Shown here piece after piece: positions 39,117 through 52,257 of a stretch of 64,000 nucleotides of DNA. The translations under genes and the position numbers were made by a program. The stretch is taken from the NCBI GenBank assembly GCA_047495785.1, contig JBLDXI010000002.1:1426001-1490000 (forward strand), read 5' to 3'. The notes under the pieces are model-generated. The model saw only the letters and a program-made list of their open reading frames with translations, did no database searches and was not told where the DNA came from. Position 1 is the first letter of the stretch, and every line of letters starts with the position of its first letter. This DNA is from Lepidodermella squamata. Taxonomy: Eukaryota; Animalia; Gastrotricha.

Positions 39117-40013
39117 ATGGCATCGGACCCAGACAACTTGCAGTTCGAAAGCGTCACCGACTCTTCTTTCGTGAAATTAGAGGGACGTATCGGCTCATCT
39201 ACTGAAAATGCATCCGGTGGTGTTGTGACGGCTAGTCCAAGTTTAGGATCGATGACTTCGACCCTCGACGAACCAGTTTCCGTGACAGTTGTATGTTTAA
39301 AATCACGCAGATCTCATCGATTATATTTAACAATGTTTACTTTCCAAAGCTCAGAGATCTGAAAGCAGTCGTGCAAAAACTAAAACACGTTTTCATTCCA
39401 ACTAAAAGCAGATTACTCTTGAAAGAATGTAAGCTTATTTTTGTGGTTTGTCCTGTTCATTTTAAAGACAATTTTTGTTAATCAGGGGACTTGTGGGGTC
39501 CACTTGTGTTGTGCACTGTCCTCTCGATCCTCCTACACGACTCAACTGCTGATAGTAAAACTGAATCGGGTCCCGAGTTTGCCGAAGTTTTTCTCGTCTA
39601 TTGGCTCGGAGCTGCAATGTGTACCCTAAATTTTAAACTGGTCGGCGCTCCTGTTTCTTACTTTCAATCTCTTTGTGTTCTCGGCTACTGCACCCTACCT
39701 CACCTCGGCGCGGCCATTATTTGCAAAGTTATCCTTATGACGACCAACAACGCCGTTCCAATGCTGATTGTGCGGCTTTTATCTGCTCTTCTTGCGTCAG
39801 CCTGGGCTGCGTATGGTAAATAAATTATTTAATTTCGATTAATTTGTCACACTTTAAATTATTTCAGCTTCAACGGCTTTCCTAAGTTCTTACATGCCAA
39901 GTGATCGTCGACTGTTGTGCGTATACCCGTTATTTTTGTTCTACGCTGTTCTCGGTTGGCTAATCATGAGCCACAATCCGTATTCCGGAGCTCACGGAGT
40001 TCCTCCATCCTAG
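39117..40013 (+). CDS. YIPF6: Yip1 domain family member 6 (4 exons)
   Basis: STLDEPV..RDLKAV..K.KHVF..LLKE|WDLWGPL, GPEFAEVF, SYFQSLCVLGYC, RRLLCVYPLFLFY. Confidence 0.92.
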
Positions 40014-40198
40014 TGATGTAAAAATACCGCTTTATTTAAAGAAAAAAGGTGACATTTGTTTCGGTTATTTCATGCCTTTGCTGTGTCTTGACTTCAACTA
40101 AAAAATCTATTCGCAATTCCGCTATTTTGCGTAGTAATTTAATGAAAAAACTGAGGGTTGGAATTTTTCAATTTTTTCTAGACATTTTATTGATTAAA

Positions 40199-41137
<939 letters not shown>

Positions 41138-41535
41138 AAGAAAAATTAATTCCGGATGAAAAATTCGCGCTGAATGTGAAGAAATATTAATTATTAATTA
41201 AAATATTGGTATTTAACGACGCAATAACAATACTACAGTCCATATTGTCAAGACCACACTTATTTAACTGAACAACCTTGGTTGGTTGAAAATTTGTTTA
41301 TTGTGACTGCTGATGCGATATCTCGGTTTTTTGATGAGTTTAAGCTGACCATGGGTATCATCACTTGCGGCGCGTATTCTGGTTATGTCGGGCTTAACTT
41401 GGTATTGCATGATTCCCGTGCATTAATGTTTTCACAAAACAATACGAAAAATTACAAAAAATGTAAAAATAATTTGCTCGCCTTGTGTTATTTAGGTTTT
41501 GTGTTTTTCATTATAATTGTTTGTCTACCCCGGAG

Positions 41536-42392
41536 ATGGATGAAAATCGAAACCAATCGGCACAGCCTAGCGGCGTTATGGGTTTTCTTGTCGCGAAAAA
41601 ACTCGACTCAGTTCTATGGATAACTCGTCTGCTCACCATCAGCTTCGCCATTTCTTACTTCATCAATTTCTCCGGGTAAGGCGGCAAAATATTTGTGCCA
41701 GCTTGTTTACAGTTTAATTTTTCTAGAACGTCGATGCAAGGTTACCAACGGGCGATATTATGCAGCGCAGCGACTAGTACATTGCGTCTTCATCAGCGAA
41801 TGCCGCCCTTCCAATTTAGCCGGGTCTACTTTTCGCAGTTGATGCTCGAAGACTCTTTCCACTATCTCATGTACTCATTCATTTTCTTCAACAATCCTCC
41901 TCTCTCGGTCATTCTCATTCCGGTCGTGGCGTTCGCGATTCTCCACGCCACGGCTTTCACCAAGGGAGTTCTCGACCAGGTCGGCCCGGGTGCTGTTCAG
42001 CCCGTTCGCAATCTTATCGCCCGCATCGAGTCAAACAACGTTCAAATTCTTCGTTTCATTGCTCTGCTTGAAATCGTGATCATGCCCACGCTGATTTTGC
42101 TCATTTTTCTGTAAGTTTTCATATTTTTAAGGAGGCTTTTTTAATTTGCTATTTTCACAGGGGAGGAGTTTTCATCATGACGCCATTCCTGTACTACCAA
42201 TTCGTTGTTTTGCGGTATATCTCGCGCCGCAATCCCTACTCGAGGCAGACTTTCACCGAGCTGCGAATTGCTGTTGAAGGATTCACTCAAGACCCGCGCT
42301 GCCCGGCGATCGCTCAACGAATTCTGCTCGGCGGCGTGAGCCTCATATCGAAAATCGCCCCCAACCCAGCTATGGTGCCGCAACAGCAATAA
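41536..42392 (+). CDS. TMEM33: Transmembrane protein 33 (Pom33 family; 3 exons)
   Basis: LWITRL, YQRA..AATSTLRLHQRMP, LEDSFHYLMYS, LRYISRRNPYSR..F.ELR. Confidence 0.94.
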
Positions 42393-43340
42393 AGGCGTGC
42401 TATTTCTCTCATTCAATGAAAAATGATTATAGAAAAATGAATTCTCAATGCATTTTTTTGGAATTTATCCGTTAAATATTGCGAAAAATATGATGAGGAA
42501 AATTTATATATATACGTATATCTTAGCTAGCGATGCACTTCCGTATGCTACATGTGTCTCATTGTCGGCTGATGATAATAATTTTATAAAAACAATCGCA
42601 TGTATTACATTATCTTCTGTCTTACGGCATCAGATCATCATCATCAACATGAAATTACTCTTGCTCAGCGAATGCTTGTTCATTTCATTTCATTTGTGAC
42701 CGAAATTTCGTAGACCTAGATGTCCTATATATATATTGCGCTTTTGTTTGCCATGCCTTCTCACCTTGTTCAGGGTAGATAGCATCAGTTTATATCTACA
42801 TAGCGACTGCGAGTACACCTCTTGTTTTTCGTCCTGACCATGTTGTAGTTGTGATACGTAGCTATTTTCGTCTGTTTATTTTACTCGAAAAAATCAACAC
42901 ATTTCGTTCAATGACTTTGTTTTAAATTTTGAGGAACATAGGAATTGCTATTAAGTTGTTAAATCCAAGGTTTAGGGCGAATATTTTAGTTCACTCCGGT
43001 GAGTTGTGTCGAAACTGCAGACACATTATCGGGCGCACTACATGCTCCTTTCGATCCCTTTCACCTTCTTCGCCACACGAGGAAAACAAACAAAAAATGG
43101 TACACGCTAGTCAATTCTATTGATTCTCGTCCTCCTTGTATTTCTTCACAGTTTATCACGTCGTTTGTTGTTCATTTCGATAAATCTGTCTTAAATGTTG
43201 AATACTATATATTGCGCGAAATTACGATATAAAAATTAATTAATAATAAAAATTTGTCTAATAATTTTATTTTTATTTAGAGAATTGTAACTACTGACTG
43301 AAGTTAGCAGTAATACTGCTTGAGGAAGTCTTCCATTTCA

Positions 43341-45758
43341 AGTAAGTTATTGAAAATTTAGAAATTTATTTTTGAACTTTTCATTTCTAGTGGTGGTCCA
43401 TGTTCGAATACCGACCTCGTCGAAGATCGTTGATGCAAATGGAACATCCACCGTGTATCACATATACCTCAATGGCACGTTTCACTGCTCGGCGCGGTAT
43501 AGCCGGCTAGCCGAACTCGATTCGCTGCTGCGAAAAAATATCAACTCTTCGCCATCTTCGTCGCTTCGCAGTGCGAAATCAACGTTCAATGGCTCGCACT
43601 GCACGTCGAACATGTTGTTTGTACCACCCCACATAGCCGCCGCCTTCCCTCAGTTCCCGCCTCGAAAATTTCCGTTGCTGCAAATGAGCGATAGTGAAAT
43701 TGACGAAAGACGGCGGCAGCTTGAGGCCTACCTTCAATTTGTATGCAGTGTTGACGAAATTGTTAGTTCTACGCTGTTTTCTCGGTATTTGATCTCGCTT
43801 CAGTTGGAGACGCATCAAATCGCCGCGGAATCGGTGGATATCGAAATTAATTTCGTCAACGATAGCCGCCTTAAAATTAGCACGACAACCGACTGCTCGC
43901 CTCTCGACGTTATGATCCGCGTTTGCTCAGAAATTCACCTGCCGCTTGAATTAGCGTCGTATTTCGGATTATTCGTCGTATTAGACGGCACTCTTTCGCG
44001 ACGGCTACTCGATTGCGAGTCGACGTACGTCGCTAGCAGTAATCGCCAGTCGAAGTTGATATTTCGCCGCGATTACTACCACGCTAAACTCGACGAAATT
44101 TTAGTCAGCGATCAAACCGCGGTAAATTTGCTATTCATCGAGGCGGTGATTTCGTGGCGAAACGGCATTGCCGAGCCGTCGGAAACGCAAACTCGTGAGT
44201 TGGAAAGTTTGAAACAGGCCAATTTACGGGCGGATTTTCTTCACACAATTCGATCTGTACCGCATTACGGCGCGGCGTTGTTTCGCGATTGTAAGATGTC
44301 GTTTAAGAAAAATCAGCTGGAAAAGTGTTCCGTCCGGGTTGGCAACGGGTTCGTCGCAGTTTCAGCCCTTGCGAATTCTTCAACGCCGACTTATGTTTTC
44401 GAATTGAAGCGAATTTCGTGTTGGCAGGTGCGTTACGCTTCGTTGGATTCGCTTGGTAACCAGCAAAATGGCAACCATCATCATCATCAAAATGGGAACG
44501 GCGTGACGTCGAATGGGAATTCGAATGGCCATCACCATCATAGGGCGTATCAAAATGGCAATGGTCACGCGCCAGCGATTCAAGAAATGGATGAGCTGGC
44601 CTTTCAATACCGTGATTCATCTTCAGCTGCTGATTGGGTCAAAATTAACAGCTATCAGGTTAGTAATTGTTGCCGCATTTTCGTTATTAATCAAATTATT
44701 ATATCAACCCATGATTTGATGGAATTTTTTTCGAGTGATCACTTGAAAATACTTCGAGTAGCAGCTGATTATGCATTAAGAGCATATTTTTTCACTTTTT
44801 TCGAATTATTAAGAAAAATGGGGTTTCATTCAAGATCGATTGAGAATATTACAACTGATATCAACTGCCAAAATTCTAATCATTGAAAATTCTTGAAATT
44901 ACCTGAATTGTTTTGAATCTTGAAGATTTCGAATTACTCTGCTGGCTTGATATACTGAGCCTATTTTTGAGCTAAAAATTCCGAAAGGATCTGACTCTGA
45001 TAGTTTTTTCAATTTGAAAATTCTCGATGAATTTCTGCTTCCGATTTGGCCAAGTGCATTAAGGATGCAGTTCCCTCGTTATGCCTTGAAAACATTCGAA
45101 TTTTTCTATCGAGAACTGACATTTCTGGTCTTTGGTATTCTAATTTTCGTTATTGTCCCATTTTATTTTCGAAATTAAGATCAGAAAATTTTTAGCCTTT
45201 TTAAAGATTTTTATAGAAAATCAATTCGAATTTTTTGTATCTGATATCTTCTCCCCCGCAACTAAATTTTAAATATTAATAATACTGTAAATTATACGAA
45301 CAAAAATTACCATTTTTCAGGCATCGTTGATTGGTCACTGTCTCGGTCGCTTGATGGAAGACTGTGTCCGTCTACGGTCGTTGTATGCATCGAACGGCTC
45401 ATCCTACTCGCTATCGATATCGAACGGCAGCTCGAACGGGGACCATCACCACCCGGCGCCGATCACGAGTCGATCGAACAGCGCCTCGAGCTCAAATTCA
45501 TCAACCTTCATGCCGGCGAATGGCTTCGACACGTCGACGTCATCATTCGCAGCGTTGAAAAACGGCATCAACAACGACGGCAATCACGTTGTTTCTTCAC
45601 TGTCGAACTCACTCAATTTATCACGAGGGTCAGCAACGAACGGCTCGTCGAGCTACCCGTCTATTCGACTATCAACCGTTGCAGCCGCGTTGATCGGCAA
45701 TGCATCGGATAAAAACTCGCCATTGGCGCATGACACAATAGGCGATGATGACCTGTAA
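43341..45758 (+). CDS. SNX17: Sorting nexin 17-like PX-FERM protein (A at 43341; exons 43391-44658 and 45321-45758)
   Basis: VYHIYLNGTFHCSARYS.L PX start, FPPRK, ERRRQLEAYLQ, AVNLLFIEA, RISCWQV, C-terminal IGDDDL matching the SNX17 IGDEDL tail. Confidence 0.88.
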
Positions 45759-47109
45759 CGTAGGATATTAACTATGGGTTTTTTGTTTTGAATTTTTCGC
45801 ATGCCAATTCATCGAGGCCAATCGATCACTTTTCTCTGTTTTACTGCGCTGAGTTTCACTTTCTCGCTGACATAATCTGACGATGCATGGCTATTTCTTA
45901 TAATATCTCTAAAGTGTGAGTCTCTATTCAATACTATTCATTTTTGTGAATCTAATGTTTTCGCAAAGGGTACTAACTATTCAAAAAAGTTAAGGTGGAT
46001 TTTGTACGTGTTGTAGACTTGCTTTCCCTGTATTCTAGCCGCAAGCCTCGGTTTGTGTTTTGCCTTTCTTAATCACTTTCACTAAAACTCCGACGGGAAA
46101 TTGAAAAAACCGTCGTTAAGTCTGATGCGCTTTGAATGTTTTACTGTCGAAACCACGTGAATGATCTCGATCGGAAGAAAAAACCTGATTTTTTTGTTTT
46201 TCTTTGTTCATCCGTTTAGTTCTACTAAATTTTTCCTGTTAAAAAATTAATTTTTATGAGCAATATATTGATTATTATTATTGGGCACTTGAAATTAACT
46301 AAAAATCACTCACACCTGTGCGCGTGTTTTACTACAATAAAATATCACTTGAATACCAATTTGGATTAATCATGCTCGATATTGAAAATATTTAAACTTT
46401 GTTGTCTGGATTGCTATATAATACAGATCTTCAGATCCCGTTCGATCGTAAAAGTCTCACCGATGAACGAAAAAGTCTTATTATTATGACGATGATAATC
46501 AACAATCTTGAAAGAATCAGTCGTGAAAAAATAATAAAAAAGCTTTTTGGAAAATGTTCTAATTTTTCTCTCGATATTTCTATATAGGGCAGGGCGAAAA
46601 GCTTAGCGCTTATACGATGCGTGACCGGTTGCTGATTTACACCTGGCTAGACTCACGCCACGGAATTATTTATGCGAAGAATTGCTGGATATCATATATT
46701 AGGGCGCTGATTTCTCGATCTCCTTAGAGCTGTTCTTGACACGGTTTCCGATACCCAGGAGTAATAACGATTATTCTAGTGCAGCTTTTGTTGTTCAATC
46801 CGAAGAGAGCCGATGGATTCGCAATGTTTCGAAGATAAGATGTTCGGTTCAAGATAGCGTCGAGATAAGGTTGCGTGCAAAATTTGTTCACCCGAAATTG
46901 CGTGTCTCCTTTTATTGCCGTTATTATTATTTAGGCGGATCCGCCCATCTGCCATTCGATTTTTATTATTCATGACTACTAGCCGTCTAGGTAGACGAGA
47001 TGAATTAGCTATACACATGTTCGAATATTTGTACGCAGTGATAATGATCCTAATCATTAAATCTGCCGAGATCGTAAAATTTTTGATCGAGATTTATTGG
47101 TATATAGCT

Positions 47110-50100
47110 ATGGCCTACAATAAATCGAGAGCAGATAACCTCTCGCAGCTAAACAAAGCCGCGTTTCGCTGGTGATGGGGGCGAACTGTTCGATCGATGT
47201 TTTGTTTTCTGACCTATTACCGCTTTCATTTGTTATTAGAGTGCTGCGATTATTATTGCTCCCAACACTCGTGAAGTGCGCGCAGTCAGTATACAATTTT
47301 TGCGCGCATTGTTTTGCGCACGGCTGCAGATGACCTGTCCGATATGCGCGTAGTAAACACCTGCAGCCCAACCCATGACTTCGCAATATCTGGAGTAGTG
47401 TATAAGTAGTCAATGAAAAGAAAAGTTTTCCGCCCGCTGTCTCGGAAGAACTCAACCACCGTATATTTGCGCGGAAAAAATAACGCGCAACACTTGTTAG
47501 CCTCACTAAATTATATAATAATGCACCCTATATGCGCCACTTGATGTTACGCGAGTTGAATGGCCCGAATTCGAGCTAAATCAGGTTATACTGGATTTTT
47601 CACGTCGCATTTTTATTCGATTATTTGTTTATTTCTGCCTTCCTTCCGCCGCTAAAATTTAGGTCATTATTTACAAGATAATTTCTCATAATTCGATGAT
47701 AATTGTTCGACCTACTTGAGGTAAATAGCCGCGTGCTACATGCTCGCAATCTGTGTCGTGTTTGGTCGTTTATTAAATTGTAAAACAACGTAAATACAAA
47801 GTCTTGTTGTTGTTCTACCTCTACAATGGACGTACAGCGATTGATGCAGCGACGAATGGCTATATCGGCCAACCCGGCTGATTGTCTGCCCGGCTCGCAG
47901 GCCAAAACATCAATGCTAGAGTAAATTAATCATTTCAATAATTTGTTTTTATTATGACATTTTTGTTATTTATTCTAAACACAAATTATTGTGGCTTTCC
48001 TATGTCGATTTTTCGAGCATTATTTTGACTCGTCGTCGTCTCTCACTATAAATTATGCCGCCATGCTAAAAACAACAACATTACACGTGCTATAATGATT
48101 TTAAAATTCCGATGATTTTACTTTGCGGTAATTTTTGTTCGCAGTTTTAATTGCTGTTATTCACAAGATACTGCCTTGTCCCAAGAACACAATAATGTCT
48201 TTCGTAAAATTTCCTACCACATTTGAGTTTCTTTTTATTTTGGTGCGTAATTCCATACTCTCGCCGTGCAATTCTCGAAGGATTCGTCATTTATTTATGA
48301 AAACATGGAGTTTTCGGCTTAGAGATGTGTGGGAAATTAGAGCGTCGCCGCGGGGTGTCTACATGAGACATTCGATATCTGGCGGGGCAAGAAGCTGAAT
48401 TCATGTTTTAGATGAAAATCCTGGGAAAAAATGGAGAATTTTAGTCTTATTTGAAATATCGCTATTGCACCTCGATGGTAACCATCGACGACAGCCATGC
48501 TGACACATCGCCGCCGAAGGAAGTCGGCCGATTTTCGATCCACCACCATGAAGGCCATGGATCAACTAAGTACTGAACCGATAAGCTATATTATTATATT
48601 ATTTTCGCAAAAAATGGAAAAAATTTGATTTTTAGGGGTAAAACAGAAATAATTTGCTGTTGTTTACTATTTATTGGATCAAGTCCTTCTCATGATTACC
48701 GAGTGACATTTATAGCAGGGTCATTTGTTTCTCGTTATTTTTATTTATTCGCGTCGCCTAATCTGTTAGGAATATTTTGAATCAATTGAGTAAACATATT
48801 GGGCCTTCGCCGAGGCCATAATCAAAATTATTAGCCAGTGCCATTTTTACTGATCCTTAGATTGATGGATGAGTTAAAATTGCCTTCAATTCAGATTTAT
48901 TCGGGTGATTCATCATTTTTACCCTTATATTATTCGTTAAATTTCGTCGTAGCTTTTACCTCTAATTCAAAATAAACGATTCGGCGTATATCGCTAATCT
49001 TGAGATGTATATTCCTTCTGGGTAGAGCTCTGGTCAATGTTGAGCGAATTTTTCTCCAGTTTAAAAATTTTTCCGTTTCAAGTGCATTTCTGACGATTTT
49101 CTGAGGCAATCCAACTCGGACACGCTTATCGATATTTTCGCGTAATATCGAATTGCGTCAACTTGGTAGTCGGGAGTTGTCGATATTCGTCATTCGAAAT
49201 CCGCAAAAGTAGTATCAGAAGGAATTAAAAATCTCGGCGTGGTAAACATGAGACTATAAAATCGCCTGCTAAATTTTTTCTGATTACTCAATTTTGGAAG
49301 GGCTTATGGCAAATCCGAAAGCTAACGATTTCCCTATATGTTTTTGTTTGAAATCAGTGTATAATTTAGAGTAACTCTGATTGTTGGGCTTTTTCTGTGG
49401 TCATAAATTATTTCTGATGAGTATCGGAATGTTAACCAAATTTTCTTCTCTATACGAGAATGACGATCAAGAGGCGTCAAAGTATGTTCTATTATTATCG
49501 TTTTATTTCTATTAAAGCATTATTAGGACACCATTATCTCTTCCGGGGTGGCTCGGCTATACAAAGCACAGAGTAGTCAGAAGCCCCGTGCTCAATGTTA
49601 GCGTGCTGGCTTTTTAAATTATTCAAATCCCATCGGACGTAGCGATAAACGATTTTACAATCATTGTCTCACGGCCAGAAAATGTAGCAGTAGCCGCGCC
49701 TCATGTTGTGGCGACTTGAACGATCGCACTCATCGTGTGTATAATATTGTTATTGGGCTATTGGCAAATATAATAATTCGGGAAAAATCGGCCTGAAAAA
49801 ACTCATCAGCGCCGTTAATTTTTTAACCGCAACAAATTTGTTGTACGTTTTTTACACGGCGATAATTTCGATATAACATTTCAACCCCAGTCGTATCTAC
49901 TCGACATTGCGCAAGTTGAATCGCTCGCCAGAACCCCAACAATACATGTAAGTACTATATATTTGTTATAAATTCAATGAACACCAAACCAAAAAAAAAC
50001 GTGAATTTATTTTTTCACTCAATTATACCACGGGTGCCCACAATTTTTATTGCATTGTACCGATCTTCAAATTGATCACTTGAATTTTGTGAACTATTTT

Positions 50101-51992
50101 TCTCACACTCTGATCAATGGCAAGACGTCCGAGTTTGATCACATTCGCGTTGCAAAGCAATCCTCAGCCGACGGACTCATCGCTCGCTGAGATGAATGAG
50201 CGTCGGCGGTTCTCGAAACCGGGCGGCGGCGGTAAAAGGCAGATATACTCCATTAAAGAACCAACGACGACGTTAGCCGACTCAAATTCCAATTCGGTAT
50301 CTATGCTGCCACTGATTGTGGCGCCGAAATTGGACGGCCGACACGTTGACATGATGATGAACATGTTAGATGATGTCAACGTATTTGCGGCACGTCGTTC
50401 AGCTGCATTCGCTAGTGATTCGAGAGCCTCCCGCCCTCAGTTAGTTACATACGAAAAAATTAGTTTCTTTAATAAAAAAATTCGACCCTCTAGAGGTTCC
50501 CCATCAGCGGTGTCATGTGCGATTTTTTTGAAGTTTTTCCGAATTTTTTTAAAATTAGCCTAGATATTTATTTTAAATCAGGTTAATTTCTGAAAATTTC
50601 TAGAAAAATTCCTCCTTAAATTTTAATTCTCATTGTTAAATTGTAGAATTATAGATTAATTATACGTATTAAGTCGCCGGTTTGTAGTCCCAAACCACTA
50701 CCTCGTGTCGGTAATTATTACAACTTTTGCCTATATTAATTATAGGCTGCCTTGTCTTATCATCGCGCGCGCGCTCTCTCTTATTGTGTTGCGGCGACGC
50801 GTATATTTGAGGGCCGAAAAATCTTTGATTTTTATGGCGTGATTTGCTGCGCGTGTCACGCAAAGGCGCGGTTGCGGGCGGAAATGACTTGTTGTAAGTC
50901 TCGAGACATGAAAATAATACGAAATGGCGACTAATTATGATACGCATTATGATACGCCGACAAAAAGTCGTCGACGACGACTTCCGACCTTATTGGCTGC
51001 TGCTGCTGCTGGCATTCGTTGCGTTTTATTGCCGCCGCTGTTGCCGAGTATCGATGGCGATTGTTTGAGCTATAAGGTGTAGTAAATAAATTATGTTATA
51101 CACGCCATCAGACATCAGGTACGATAAAGTTGTCGACCGCACTGCTGCGCCTTGCATTCATCAGCATCAAGCAGCGACAACGCAAAATTCAGTAGTAGGA
51201 GCCAATAATAACGCCAACAATCTCGGGTGAGTACCTTTCCGCTCTCGTGGCCCATTCGCGAATAAAAATATGTTTTCGTGCTGCTCGTTCTATAGTAGTG
51301 GTAATATTAATAATAATAATATCGTCGCGTGTTTGTAAAATTTACAAACATTAATGTGTATCGAATCGCAGAAGTCATAAAAACCCTTGTTATGTAATAT
51401 CGGCACATATTATTACCATACACATCGGCGACGACTCAAGAAATCATCCTCGTTTTACGCGCTTTCTAACGAGCACGCATTAAAATTGAATATATATCGC
51501 AACAAGCAGTGGTCGAGGCCAAAACGGCGTAAGTCAAGCGACCAGTTTTTTTTTATGAATATATCAATAAATCATCATCATCACACGCTATATATCGCTA
51601 TCACTCTTTGACTTCTTCTTGTTTTATCACTGCCGTTTTAAGGCGACTTTGAAATCGCTATGGATGAGTTAACACGCCGGCTTGCTGCAAATTTCCCGCA
51701 ACCTAATAATCATAACAATAATCTAAAACAGTTAGTTACGCTTTATTACATCTCTATAATATTATTGGTATCGTTGTATCTTCGCTACATATTCTTATTG
51801 CCGCGATTTTTGAAACAAAAAAATGAATTTTGTGAGATCACGTGATAGAAAGCGTAAATCTTTTTTCTTACCGGCCGAGTTTAAACGCTCGACCCGTGGC
51901 GTTCCGAACAGCAGTCAAGCGGCGCCGCTCCTTGGAGGCGGCCTCAAGAACGCTGGCATGGGTGACCTCAATGACCAGCCGGTTAACAACGA
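47110..51992 (+). CDS. Array of candidate alternative first coding exons of the IP3R-like gene
   Basis: ATG-initiated mini-frames ending in phase-2 GT donors at 47110-47171, 47826-47920, 48475-48569, 49417-49481, 50117-50439, 51093-51226, 51660-51730, 51823-51992, plus AT|gtaagt at 49946-49947; all join in frame to the acceptor at 52257/52258. Confidence 0.65.
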
Positions 51993-52257
51993 GTTAGTAC
52001 CGCCATCGAAGCATTGTAGCATTGCTGTTTTCTAGCGCGTGGCGTTTGTGTTTTTTCGATTTTAGACAGTTGTTTTTTTGCAAAATTTGACTGTGTCAAC
52101 TCACTTGTTGTTGCCTTTTAAACAATCTTGGTGTGCGTGCTTTTTTGAGGAGTTTTGTCTATGATAGATATACACTTTGCCTTTAGCTGTTTGTTTTGTG
52201 TTTTTGATGCCGAAATTTTGAGCGAAAATTAAATGATCTTTTTTTATCTTTCAACAG

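Noticed and set aside
49414-49480. CTGATGA followed by a GTAT..ATAC stem, resembling a hammerhead ribozyme
   Set aside because: Core continues GAGA not GAAA, stems I and III do not form, and the segment is better explained as a candidate IP3R first exon.
50894-51534. Strong gtaagt donors at 50894 and 51529 as further coding first exons
   Set aside because: No in-frame ATG before an upstream stop in phase 2; at most non-coding 5' UTR exons.
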